This document shows positions 30,174 through 39,804 of a DNA stretch of 64,000 nt, piece by piece. The notes below the pieces were generated by a model. It worked only from the letters and a program-made list of their open reading frames with translations. It did no database searches and had not been told where the DNA came from. The stretch comes from Candidatus Zambryskiibacteriota bacterium. Lineage in GTDB: Bacteria; Patescibacteriota; Minisyncoccia; Phycocordibacterales; DATDWN01. Numbering within the stretch: position 1 is the stretch's first letter; every line of letters begins with the position of its first letter. The stretch covers positions 9,593 through 73,592 of the forward strand of contig JAHFOB010000001.1 of NCBI GenBank assembly GCA_023267045.1, given 5' to 3'. The position numbers and the translations under genes are program-made.

Positions 30174-30754
30174 ATGTCACAATGACCGAAAACCTTAAAA
30201 AACTTAATCTCGGATCTTCAGGAAGAAAAAAAGAAGGATATATAAATGTTGATTGGCTTTCACTCGTAAAGCCAGATGTTGAGCATAATCTAAATGTCTA
30301 CCCATATCCATTCAAAAATAATGAGTTTGACGTGGTGGAGGCAAATCATGTTATTGAACATTTAGAAAGACCGTTTGAAGTTATGCGAGAGATTTGTAGA
30401 ATTTCTAAACCAGGTAGTAAAATCATCATTCGTGTACCGCATTTCAGTCGGGGAATGGCTCATCCAGAACATGTACACGGTTTTGATGTTACCTTTCCAA
30501 ACTATTTTAATAAAAAATATGCAGATGTTGGATACTTTGGAGTTGATTTGCAGGTAGAAAGTTTAAGGCTAAAATGGTTTGCCTTTCCGCATATCACACA
30601 GAAAATGGGTTTTGGTGCTGTAACTTTATTTTTTGCGAAGTTAGCTAATAGTATTATTAATTTCTTTGCGAACTTGTCTCCAAGTTTTTGTAGTCGTATC
30701 TGGTGTTTCTGGGTCGGAGGATTTGAGGAGATAGAGTTTGTTTTTATTAAATAA
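30149..30754 (+). CDS. SAM-dependent methyltransferase
   Basis: Methyltransf_11-like region (ANHVIEHLERPFEVMREICRISKPGSKIII). Confidence 0.5.
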   Translation: MAQKMVTIDVTMTENLKKLNLGSSGRKKEGYINVDWLSLVKPDVEHNLNVYPYPFKNNEFDVVEANHVIEHLERPFEVMREICRISKPGSKIIIRVPHFSRGMAHPEHVHGFDVTFPNYFNKKYADVGYFGVDLQVESLRLKWFAFPHITQKMGFGAVTLFFAKLANSIINFFANLSPSFCSRIWCFWVGGFEEIEFVFIK

Positions 30755-30771
30755 TGTTATTATAAAGTTCC

Positions 30772-31458
30772 ATGACACAAATAACGAAAGAAGAAATATC
30801 AAAGGGGTATGATGCTGTGGCTGATAAAATCCATCACGGAATGACTGGTAAGTTCTATACTCGAGTAGTTGCTATGCAGTCTAACTACCACGGAAAGATC
30901 CTTGATATTGGTTGTGGGGGTGGGAGTCTGATTAAAAAAGTTAGTGTGATTGCACAGTCTGGCACGCAGTTTTTTGGTCTAGATATTTCTGAAAAGCTTT
31001 GCCAGATAGCAAGAGAAGGTAATCCTAATGCACAAATTACAAAAGGAGATGCAGAGAACTTACCATATGTAGATAATACGTTTGATATTGTCTTAATGAC
31101 GGAAGCGCTTGAGCATATGCTCGATTATAAGAAAGCTGTCTTGGAAGCGAGAAGAGTTTTAAAACCAAAAGGTATATTTATAGTCACTGTTCCAAACAGA
31201 GATTGGCTTCAGTATGATTTTTATAAACCATATATTGATAGACACGAGTTTCAACCTGTTCAGGATCACTACTTTAGGTTCAAAGAAATAACTAGCTTGC
31301 TAAAAGATAATGGTTTTAAAATTGTAAAATATAAGGGTTCAGATAATCTTTTTTACTACGGAACTATACACACCTTTGAACAAATAGCCGCTTTCTTTCT
31401 ACCATCCCTAAAAAAACGGATGAAACGTCTCATTTTCAAATGTGTGAATGAAAAATAA
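30772..31458 (+). CDS. SAM-dependent methyltransferase
   Basis: ILDIGCGGGS motif I, then LMTEALEHM and LKPKGIFIVT. Confidence 0.6.
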   Translation: MTQITKEEISKGYDAVADKIHHGMTGKFYTRVVAMQSNYHGKILDIGCGGGSLIKKVSVIAQSGTQFFGLDISEKLCQIAREGNPNAQITKGDAENLPYVDNTFDIVLMTEALEHMLDYKKAVLEARRVLKPKGIFIVTVPNRDWLQYDFYKPYIDRHEFQPVQDHYFRFKEITSLLKDNGFKIVKYKGSDNLFYYGTIHTFEQIAAFFLPSLKKRMKRLIFKCVNEK

Positions 31459-31473
31459 TAGTCCGGTTCATTT

Positions 31474-32490
31474 TTAGAAAAATTGTTTGAATCTTCGGAG
31501 TGAAGCTGATGTGTTTGCTATGAGTTTTGGTGCGATGATCATACTTAAAAACTGAATATTTTCTGGAAAAATATCGAAATAAATACTAAGTGCATTCAAC
31601 GAAAATTTACGCACCCTTACCCCATTAAATGATTTTAGCAAGAGTCCTCCCATGAGAAGTGATGCCCAGTGTTTTCTGTATTTTCTATATTCACTTGGTA
31701 AATACTCTTTTATAATTTTTGCCACTTCAGGTGGGTCAAATGTATCTATCCAAAAATCGAGTGGGATATTATGTGTCCAATTTGTTTCGTTTTTTCGATG
31801 AAGTACAAAACACTGTCCGATAATAAGCAGTTTTCCATATTTGCCAATACCTATAAGTAATGGCGCTTGAAATATATACACATTTTTTGGTTTTAAGTAT
31901 TTTCTTGTAGTTTCAAGTTCTTTGTTAAATATATCCTTTTTAAAAACGACAGCTGTAGCCAAGTTTGTCATATGAATCCAATTGTTAACATCCCTCAGTT
32001 TGTTACAATCTCTTTCAAAATCTTCTATAAAGATATCTTTTGTAATATTGAGTCTGTTTTGTAGAGAGATCTCATACTTTTTATTTGAATCATCAAGCGA
32101 CATCATATTTGATGTGTTGATCAAAATAATATTTGGTTTTTTTTCTCTAATACAATCAATAATATATTTCAGTGCTCCATCTGTAAGCAAATCATCGTCG
32201 CAACATATAAGAACATAGGGGCCTATCGCTTTATCTATAAGCCATAATATGTTTGGCGAAACCCCAAGATTTTTCTCTTGGACATATCCATCTACAAAAC
32301 CATATTCGTTGTCAGCGTGTTTGACGTATGTGGCTGTATCATCGCCAGATGCATCATCGCTTATAATTATTTGGACTAGGTTTTCCAGTCCAGCACTTTT
32401 GATTTGATTAGCTAAAGTGGTAACTATAGTTTCAAGAAATTTTACTCTCTTGTACGTAGGAATAACTATACTAAGTAAAATATTTTTCAT
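31474..32490 (-). CDS. GT2 glycosyltransferase
   Basis: LLSIVIPTYKR start and a DDD region (ICCDDDLL). The track start at 32508 adds MNDSNG from the repeat footprint. The ATG at 32490-32488 is contiguous with the gene body. Confidence 0.65.
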   Translation of the reverse strand: MKNILLSIVIPTYKRVKFLETIVTTLANQIKSAGLENLVQIIISDDASGDDTATYVKHADNEYGFVDGYVQEKNLGVSPNILWLIDKAIGPYVLICCDDDLLTDGALKYIIDCIREKKPNIILINTSNMMSLDDSNKKYEISLQNRLNITKDIFIEDFERDCNKLRDVNNWIHMTNLATAVVFKKDIFNKELETTRKYLKPKNVYIFQAPLLIGIGKYGKLLIIGQCFVLHRKNETNWTHNIPLDFWIDTFDPPEVAKIIKEYLPSEYRKYRKHWASLLMGGLLLKSFNGVRVRKFSLNALSIYFDIFPENIQFLSMIIAPKLIANTSASLRRFKQFF

Positions 32491-32503
32491 CCCGTTAGAG
32501 TCG
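32491..32503 (-). repeat. 13-bp footprint or solo terminal repeat (CGACTCTAACGGG on the minus strand) of the 99-bp element, flanked by ATGAA direct repeats
   Basis: Plus strand reads TTCAT-cccgttagagtcg-TTCAT (32486-32508). The footprint sits at a TGA/ATG stop-start junction, the same target context as the full copies. Confidence 0.5.
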
Positions 32504-32504
32504 T

Positions 32505-33581
32505 TCATATTTTCCAGCTTATTCTTCGAGGAATAAAATGTTTATCATCTTTCCACTCTTTCAGTGTTGCTTCTCTGGCTGCAGTCCAAATACTCATATT
32601 CCAGCTTATGTTTCCATTCGTGTCCATTACTGGTGGTATATTATGTTCTTGACACCATTTTTTTGCAGAGTCAGCATATATTTTTTCGTCTGTTGATGTT
32701 TGGCCACTTAAATGTTCACAGGCTAATCCAAGTACTGCCACGGTATAACCTTTTTCTATTGCTTGAAGACAAATAAGTCGGTCATAGTAGTGGTTAATAG
32801 GGAAGTTTGGTCGATAACCAATCTCATTCCAGACTTTTCTAGGGAAGGCAATTGCGCATCCATCTAGTAAAATTGCTTCGGTCAGTCCATCAAAACGCTC
32901 ACCATGTACCTTTGCGTCTGTGCCAGTCCATTTTTTGTCTTTGTATCTATATGTTCTCGCGGCAAAGTTTGAAGTTGTCCCCCATCCTCGTCCACCAGTT
33001 TTGTTTATTTCATCAGAACCTACAAAACCAACTACACCAAGTTTCGGATCGCGTGCAAACAAATATTTTAGGAGAACATCAAAGTTGTCTTCATCGACTA
33101 CGATATCGCTGTGAATAAAAAGTATAATATCTCCCTCCGTGTTTTTCATACCAACATCGAAACACGGATAAACGCTTATATTTCCTTCTGGCGGGCAAAT
33201 CACTTTTACTTTGATATCTGCTGGTAAGTGCGAAGTTTCTGGTCTGAAATCACCCCCATTGTCTATCACAACAATTTCAATTGGTTCGCTATGGTGTTTT
33301 ACAATTTTATTAATACAAAATTGTGCCAAATCATGTTGTCCCAACACCGGAATTATAATTGAAAATGTAAGGTGGTGAGTTTTTTTGTGGCCATATTCTT
33401 TTGCCGCTTCTCGCAACTCCTTTCCAGGATTTTTGCCTACATAAAGTCCGATCTTTCTTATGAGGTTTTGAGTTTTGTGATATATAAATCTATACGTCTT
33501 ATACAAGAGTGGACTAAATCCTTGTTTTCGGAGCATACGATAGGCATTCTGGATTTTAGTTGTGAGTGGTATTTTCTGCAT
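32505..33581 (-). CDS. Glycosyltransferase, GT2-like
   Basis: FSIIIPVLGQ ... VVIDNGGD and SDIVVDEDNFD motifs. Confidence 0.5.
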   Translation of the reverse strand: MQKIPLTTKIQNAYRMLRKQGFSPLLYKTYRFIYHKTQNLIRKIGLYVGKNPGKELREAAKEYGHKKTHHLTFSIIIPVLGQHDLAQFCINKIVKHHSEPIEIVVIDNGGDFRPETSHLPADIKVKVICPPEGNISVYPCFDVGMKNTEGDIILFIHSDIVVDEDNFDVLLKYLFARDPKLGVVGFVGSDEINKTGGRGWGTTSNFAARTYRYKDKKWTGTDAKVHGERFDGLTEAILLDGCAIAFPRKVWNEIGYRPNFPINHYYDRLICLQAIEKGYTVAVLGLACEHLSGQTSTDEKIYADSAKKWCQEHNIPPVMDTNGNISWNMSIWTAAREATLKEWKDDKHFIPRRISWKI

Positions 33582-33587
33582 TTGTTT

Positions 33588-34955
33588 TTAGTTTGTTAGT
33601 ACAGGCTCAGGATTTATAGAGGCTTTATTATAAAGTATAATCACAATAATAGCCCATACAAGACGAATAATCACTCGAGCAATGACAAGACCAATAAGTC
33701 CCCACCACATAATACCCATGGTCAAAAGTATCATCTGTACTATAACTCCAGAAATACTATTTATATATTGTTCTTTTATTTTTTTCTTAGCTGACAGATA
33801 CGCATTTGCTGGTATAGAAAACATATATAGAAGTGAAAGGGAGAAAATCTGTGAATAGAAAACTGAACTCATGTATTTTGGAAAAAATATCTGGAAAATA
33901 TACGGAGCTGTAATCCAATAAGTAGCAATAAAAACAACACTGGTTATAAACAAAAGCATATACTTATTGCTCATTCCAGCTTTTATTTCTTTGTCAGAAC
34001 GTTCGGTGAATTTTGGTAAAATCAAATTACCGAGGTTTTGGATGGGACCTTTGATTTGGTTTGGTATGGCAGTAGCAAAGTTGTAGATTGCCAGTTGGAC
34101 TGGACCGATAAAATGGAACACCAAGATCTGGTCGATGTTGTCAGAGAATCCACCGAGAATACTAATCAGACTTAAGTGTTTACTGTAAGTCATCATGTTA
34201 GGATCCACCTTATTATTTGGTTTATAGATTTTTACTATTCTTTGATAGAGAATAAGACCGATGAGTGCATTTGAAGCAAAGTATACAAAAACTAAAACAA
34301 CAGGGTTGCTCGTTCTCATTATCGTCAATAGTAAACAAAGGTATGGAAAAAGATTACCAATTATTGTGAAGTATATTGCGATTCGTCTGAAATCTTTTTT
34401 TGCTGTCAGATATGAGCTATAAAAATTGGTGCTACTAAAAATTGGCCATAGACATCCGACGATAAGTATCGATATGCCAAGCGATGCATTTCCGTTCACA
34501 AAATAATATATTGAGGTACCAGCAGCTCCAATGAAAAACAACACAGACCATTTTATATTTTGCCAGAAGGCATAGTGGAGTGTTCCTTCAAATCCTCTAC
34601 TTACAGACTCAAATGTGGCAAGCCCTAATCCTGTCATTGTAAATGTAGCCAGGATACTACCTATAGATAGGATGTATTTATATTGACCATAAGCTTCTTT
34701 TGATACGAAATGCGCAAAGGCAATAGCCATTAGAAATGTGGCGAGAGAGGAGACCACCTGACCTATTGTTGACCAAAAACTACCCCGAGCGAGGTAGATC
34801 ATATCTATCTTGGCGTAACGCTCAAGCCACTTAAGCGTACGAAAGCCTTTTTCTCTGATGCTTTGCATATCGAGTACCGCTTCAATATATAACAAAAAAG
34901 CTATAAAGTATAGGGAAGAAATATTATTCAAACCACAGAATTGTGTAGGGTGCAT
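33588..34955 (-). CDS. Wzx-like polysaccharide/oligosaccharide flippase (MOP superfamily)
   Basis: 455 aa, about twelve TM helices, with the typical Wzx length and topology. Located inside the glycan locus. Confidence 0.55.
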   Translation of the reverse strand: MHPTQFCGLNNISSLYFIAFLLYIEAVLDMQSIREKGFRTLKWLERYAKIDMIYLARGSFWSTIGQVVSSLATFLMAIAFAHFVSKEAYGQYKYILSIGSILATFTMTGLGLATFESVSRGFEGTLHYAFWQNIKWSVLFFIGAAGTSIYYFVNGNASLGISILIVGCLWPIFSSTNFYSSYLTAKKDFRRIAIYFTIIGNLFPYLCLLLTIMRTSNPVVLVFVYFASNALIGLILYQRIVKIYKPNNKVDPNMMTYSKHLSLISILGGFSDNIDQILVFHFIGPVQLAIYNFATAIPNQIKGPIQNLGNLILPKFTERSDKEIKAGMSNKYMLLFITSVVFIATYWITAPYIFQIFFPKYMSSVFYSQIFSLSLLYMFSIPANAYLSAKKKIKEQYINSISGVIVQMILLTMGIMWWGLIGLVIARVIIRLVWAIIVIILYNKASINPEPVLTN

Positions 34956-35988
34956 CGCCTGGAAAAGTTATATTACCAAAAACTTTTCCGAGGCGTTGTT
35001 TCCATTTTGGCAGACTAAAAGATGGAGTAATCTCTACGTCAGGATGTTTTTGATGCAACTCTTTTTTTGATGAAAATTTTTCTACACTTTTTACAGTTCG
35101 TTCAAAAGTTGGAACGCCGACCTGGGCTACAGTTATACGAAATAATCTGTAGACTATTTTGTGACCAGGTAGGACAGGTATAAGTTCTGTCAAGTCTGCA
35201 GCTATTCGACAGTCATAATTTTTCTCCCTACTTGCAAGTTTTTTGTAGTGTGGAACCTGAACTGGTTTTGTGACGAGAACCTGAACTGTGCCGTCGTAGA
35301 CAGGGTATTTCCTCATAAAATCCACGAAATTATCTAATTTTTGCTCAAAAGTTTCCTTGTATTCAGGGTTTTGAGAAAGCCATTTGGAGATATCTGTGGA
35401 TCTTAATCCGTGCCAACCAAACTGCCCGTTCCATACTACTCCGTGATTTCCACCTTCTATACTAAAACGTTCCGCTACTTCAACTGGCGCAAACGTCATA
35501 TCTTCTTTTTCCAAAAAAGGTCTAGCCGTTTCGCATATCCACAAATCTTCCGGATGAAATTTCCCTCCGATTTTTTTGTAATTTTTCGAAATATAATCTA
35601 AGAGTCTTTTGCTACGAATACTAAATCCTCCACCACCAACATGTGTTTTTCCGAGATGGTACCATGGTGCTCCAATATAATCGTATGTTAAAAATTCATC
35701 TTCCCAAGCTGAAGGGTTGGCTATAAAGCTGTCTGGATGGAAACAAAGGGCATATTCTGTTTCTACATGTTTAGCAAATTCACTGATATAAAATTCCGAA
35801 TACTTTTGCCAATCGTTGAGAATTTCTGGGACTTGTATTACTCGAGGATCACTGTCCGGAATAGATGAAAGTATTTTCACCGCACCGAAAGAAAATTCTT
35901 TTTCGCATATGTCCGCTGCAACTTTTGTTGTTTTTAGATTTATGCAATCAAAAGTAATAAGGGTAACATTTGGCAAATATTTTTTCAT
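34924..35988 (-). CDS. Hypothetical soluble protein of the glycan locus
   Basis: Intact 354-aa ORF with no motif I can confidently name. Confidence 0.3.
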   Translation of the reverse strand: MKKYLPNVTLITFDCINLKTTKVAADICEKEFSFGAVKILSSIPDSDPRVIQVPEILNDWQKYSEFYISEFAKHVETEYALCFHPDSFIANPSAWEDEFLTYDYIGAPWYHLGKTHVGGGGFSIRSKRLLDYISKNYKKIGGKFHPEDLWICETARPFLEKEDMTFAPVEVAERFSIEGGNHGVVWNGQFGWHGLRSTDISKWLSQNPEYKETFEQKLDNFVDFMRKYPVYDGTVQVLVTKPVQVPHYKKLASREKNYDCRIAADLTELIPVLPGHKIVYRLFRITVAQVGVPTFERTVKSVEKFSSKKELHQKHPDVEITPSFSLPKWKQRLGKVFGNITFPGDAPYTILWFE

Positions 35989-36004
35989 TTTTTTATTTTT
36001 GGGT

Positions 36005-37063
36005 TTATTCTATCTTAAACAAGCTTTCGAAGAAACGTATTTGAATTTTGCATTCTCGCCAGTAGATTTTTTCCCAGTTTTTGTATACAGGATAGTCACT
36101 TTCTCGGATAGTCACGTTTTCGTTCGGTATCTCGGAAACCTTCCATTGCTTAGAATAAAAATAACCTGATGTAAGACGATCGATCAGTTTATAGTAGTAC
36201 GTTATCTGGTCCATACGCATTTCATGAAGTGAAGATATGTTAACAAATATATCTGTGCATTTAGACGGAAGTAGTTCAAGTTGACTTGAAAGAAGGAATA
36301 TAATGTCAGCATTTTGGAATTCATCCTTGATATCTTCAAATGAATTCCAATCTCTGAATTTGAATATTTTTCTCTCTGGAAATTGCTCTGAAAGATATTT
36401 TTGAGCTATCCATAAGGCGGGAGGTATGTCGACGATAATATAGCGTATTTTTGGCATCGTTTTCAAAAATACATACGCTGTTCTTCCGTATCCAGCACCA
36501 AGCTCAATTATTGTTTTTATTTCTTTTTTATCTTTTACGTTTTCTATTGCAGAATAATATTCCAATACAGAATGTGCTAGGTCTTGTGATATTAGTTTCT
36601 TGCCACGGTAGATTTGTGGGGGGTTACCCTCAAGTGGTTCGTCCAAAGAATCAAGCAAGTTTTCCTTATCATTTTTTTGTGTGAAATCCCAAAGTAGATT
36701 GCTAAAATAGTTATATGCAAGTGATTGTGTCAAGGTAAAGAATTTATGTTTTTTTGGAAAAAAGAGTACACGGAAAATATTACCCAGAACAATACCCGTG
36801 GAGAGATTTTTCCTAAGTTCTCTAATCTGTCTGTCTTTTGGGAAACTTCTTACTAGGTATCTTAGTGGTGCACTGGGTCCAGCCATAGTCCAGGTAAAGT
36901 AGTTGAGTGCAATAGTTTGTTTGAAATTTTCATACCCGTGCTCCTCAAGCTGCTCTAGGTTTTTTCGGTTGAGTTCAATCCAGTATTTTGAAGGTAAAAC
37001 CTCTGTAGGTGCTCCGGAAAGGGCGTCAAACATTTCTCTGATCTCTTTTTTCTCCTTTTCCAT
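36005..37063 (-). CDS. Putative SAM-dependent sugar O-methyltransferase
   Basis: IELGAGYGRTAYVF glycine-rich SAM motif in the C-terminal half. The architecture resembles glycan-locus O-methyltransferases. Confidence 0.4.
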   Translation of the reverse strand: MEKEKKEIREMFDALSGAPTEVLPSKYWIELNRKNLEQLEEHGYENFKQTIALNYFTWTMAGPSAPLRYLVRSFPKDRQIRELRKNLSTGIVLGNIFRVLFFPKKHKFFTLTQSLAYNYFSNLLWDFTQKNDKENLLDSLDEPLEGNPPQIYRGKKLISQDLAHSVLEYYSAIENVKDKKEIKTIIELGAGYGRTAYVFLKTMPKIRYIIVDIPPALWIAQKYLSEQFPERKIFKFRDWNSFEDIKDEFQNADIIFLLSSQLELLPSKCTDIFVNISSLHEMRMDQITYYYKLIDRLTSGYFYSKQWKVSEIPNENVTIRESDYPVYKNWEKIYWRECKIQIRFFESLFKIE

Positions 37064-37123
37064 AATAAATGATATAGTATCACACTAAAGGGGGATTTAT
37101 AAGAATCTATTAAATATATAATT

Positions 37124-37669
37124 ATGGCAAAATTTAAGTTTACACCACTTGCAATTCCAGAAGTTATTATGATTGAGCCAACAGTTTTTTCTGATTCTCG
37201 CGGTTTTTTTACTGAAACGTATAATAAAAAAGAATTTGCTGATGCCGGTATTTTTGAAGATTTTATTCAAGATAATCATTCGTATTCAACAAAAGGTGTG
37301 GTGCGAGGATTACATTTTTCACTTCCACCACATGAAACAGCAAAGCTTGTGAGGTGTGTAGAGGGTGAAGTTCTAGATGTAGCAGTGGATATTAGAGCCA
37401 ACTCGAAAACTTTTGGAAAATGGGTGGCAGAAAAGCTTTCTAGGGAAAATGGCAAGATGCTTTTTGTTCCAAAAGGTTTTGCTCACGGTTATTGCGTATT
37501 GAGTGAAACTTCTAGTTTTCTATATAAAGTAAGTGAGTATTACTACCCAGAAAGTGATCGCGGAATTCTCTGGAATGACTCTGATTTGGCTATAGATTGG
37601 GGGGTAGAAAACCCTATTTTGTCTGAAAAGGACTCAAAACTACCTACTTTTAAAGATTTGTCAAAATAG
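37124..37669 (+). CDS. rfbC: dTDP-4-dehydrorhamnose 3,5-epimerase
   Basis: RmlC cupin signatures: FKFTPLAIPEVIMIEP, RGLHF, and the catalytic His/Tyr region AHGYCVLSE. Confidence 0.8.
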   Translation: MAKFKFTPLAIPEVIMIEPTVFSDSRGFFTETYNKKEFADAGIFEDFIQDNHSYSTKGVVRGLHFSLPPHETAKLVRCVEGEVLDVAVDIRANSKTFGKWVAEKLSRENGKMLFVPKGFAHGYCVLSETSSFLYKVSEYYYPESDRGILWNDSDLAIDWGVENPILSEKDSKLPTFKDLSK

Positions 37670-37695
37670 GTTTGTGGTGCTAATATGCTTTACTT

Positions 37696-38562
37696 ATGAA
37701 GACCAAGGAAGACGCTATCTTGTCCCAAGTACTAACTACAGGGGGAAACGGAATGGTTGGCAGCTATGTGGATTTTGGTATCAAACTTGACCGTCGAGCT
37801 CTAGATGTTACAGATTTAAATGATGCACTGTTTGTGTGTAGACAACATAAACCAAAGGTCATTATTCATTTAGCCGCTGAAACTGACGTTGGTCGTTGCG
37901 AGCGAGACCCACAGTACGCGTACCTTGTAAATACTATAGGTAGTTATAATATGGCGCTTGCAGCAAAGGAAATTGGTGCAAAGCTTATCTATGTTTCCAC
38001 ATCAGCTGTTTTTGATGGTTCAAAAAAAGATCCATATATTGAAACAGATGAATGTAATCCACAGAGTTACTACGGACGTTCTAAGTTTCTCGGAGAAGTG
38101 GCAGTAAAAAGCGTTTTGAATGACTACATTATCGCACGAGTGTGCTGGATGTTTGGGGGTGGTCAAGAAAAAGACAAAAAGTTTGTTGCAAAGATTATCG
38201 AACAAACAAAAGGGTCCGAAATCAAGATTATTAGTGGTAAGTATGGTTCTCCAACATATGGTAAGGATCTTGTTGGTGCTCTGAAAAAACTGATTCTCCA
38301 GGATGCCACAGGAATTTTTCATTTATCCAACAAAGGTTCACCATCTCGATTTGATGTGGCAAAAGAGATTATAAAAATTACTGGTTCAAAAACAAATGTG
38401 ACAGAAGTAGACCCGAGTTTCTTTAGCAATATTCATTCTGAAAGTATGCCAAACAACAATAATGAAAGTTTGTCTTCAAAAATAGATCTTATAAGAGGAT
38501 GGCAGGAGGCAGTGCGAGAGTATATATTAGAAGAGTGGCCAACGTATGTTAAAAAATATTAA
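37696..38562 (+). CDS. rfbD: dTDP-4-dehydrorhamnose reductase-like (RmlD family)
   Basis: SDR-like fold with YGRSK (YxxxK) and RmlD-like length and layout. Adjacent to rfbC. Confidence 0.6.
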   Translation: MKTKEDAILSQVLTTGGNGMVGSYVDFGIKLDRRALDVTDLNDALFVCRQHKPKVIIHLAAETDVGRCERDPQYAYLVNTIGSYNMALAAKEIGAKLIYVSTSAVFDGSKKDPYIETDECNPQSYYGRSKFLGEVAVKSVLNDYIIARVCWMFGGGQEKDKKFVAKIIEQTKGSEIKIISGKYGSPTYGKDLVGALKKLILQDATGIFHLSNKGSPSRFDVAKEIIKITGSKTNVTEVDPSFFSNIHSESMPNNNNESLSSKIDLIRGWQEAVREYILEEWPTYVKKY

Positions 38563-39799
38563 TTCCATGAAAGAACATTATCACAGAACAACATGTCGAA
38601 TTTGTAATTCTTCAGATTTGAAGAAGTTTTTGGATTTAGGAAAAAGTCCTCTTGCAAACGCTCTTGTAAATAAGAAAAATCTAAATAAAAAAGATAAAAC
38701 CTTTCCTCTGGCTGTTTATTTTTGTCAAAATTGTTCACTCGTTCAAGTTTCTGATGTAGTTGATCCTAGGATGCTTTTTAGTGATTATTATTTTATAACC
38801 TCAGCTTCTTCCCCATCAGTCGACCACTTCAAGAAATATGCTCAGGATATTCTAAAAAACTTCATCAAGTCATCTGGAGATTTAGTGGTTGATATTGGTG
38901 GAAATGACGGAACACTTCTCAATGAATTAAAAAACGATTCTCGAGTATTAAACGTTGACCCAGCTACAAACATCGCAAAAATATCAAAAAAGAAAGGAAT
39001 CAAAACTGTAAACGACTTTTTCTCAAAAAAACTAGTAACGGATCATCTTCTTAGAAATTTTGGTAAAGCAGATGTTGTTACAGCCAACAACATTATTGCT
39101 CACACAGACACAGTTATCGATTTGTTTAAGGGGGTAAAAGAGTTCCTTACACCAGGTGGTGTTTTTATATTTGAGACTCATTGGGTTCGAAATTTGGTAG
39201 AAGAGAGGGCATTTGATCAGGTGTATCATGAGCATCTTTCTTATTACTCACTTCACGCACTGAAACACCTTGTAGAATCTGTCGGACTTTCTGTCTTTGA
39301 TGTCAAAACAGTCCCAATACAAGGAGAATCCATTCGAATCTATGTTTCAAATAATCGTAAATCAAAACCTTCTGTCAAAAAATTTTTGGCACGAGAGAAA
39401 AGTCTTGGCCTACACAAATTCAAAGTTTTTTCAGATTTTTCTAAAAAAGTACTTGAAAGTAAAAATATAATGTTAAAACTTCTTGCCTCACTTAAAGAAA
39501 ATGGTAAAAAGATAGTAGGGTATGGCGCTCCAGCAAAAGGAACAACGTTTCTCAATTTTTTTGGTATTGGTAAGGACACCATTGATTACATTATAGATAC
39601 AACGTCCATAAAACAAGGACTCTTTATGCCTGGTGTTCATATCCCCATTTATCCCCCAGAGAAACTTCTTGAATCAAAACCAGATTATATATTGATTTTG
39701 GCTTGGAACTACGCCGATAGCATTCTCAAGAAAGAAAAAGATTTAATAGAGTCTGGTGTAAAATTTATCATACCTGTTCCAAAAATAAAGATAGTATAG
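38546..39799 (+). CDS. NDP-hexose C-methyltransferase (TylCIII/NovU-like) with N-terminal zinc ribbon
   Basis: CRICNS ... CQNCSLVQ zinc ribbon, SAM motif VVDIGGNDG, and the C-methyltransferase C-terminal domain. Confidence 0.6.
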   Translation: MLKNINSMKEHYHRTTCRICNSSDLKKFLDLGKSPLANALVNKKNLNKKDKTFPLAVYFCQNCSLVQVSDVVDPRMLFSDYYFITSASSPSVDHFKKYAQDILKNFIKSSGDLVVDIGGNDGTLLNELKNDSRVLNVDPATNIAKISKKKGIKTVNDFFSKKLVTDHLLRNFGKADVVTANNIIAHTDTVIDLFKGVKEFLTPGGVFIFETHWVRNLVEERAFDQVYHEHLSYYSLHALKHLVESVGLSVFDVKTVPIQGESIRIYVSNNRKSKPSVKKFLAREKSLGLHKFKVFSDFSKKVLESKNIMLKLLASLKENGKKIVGYGAPAKGTTFLNFFGIGKDTIDYIIDTTSIKQGLFMPGVHIPIYPPEKLLESKPDYILILAWNYADSILKKEKDLIESGVKFIIPVPKIKIV

Positions 39800-39804
39800 G
39801 TTTT

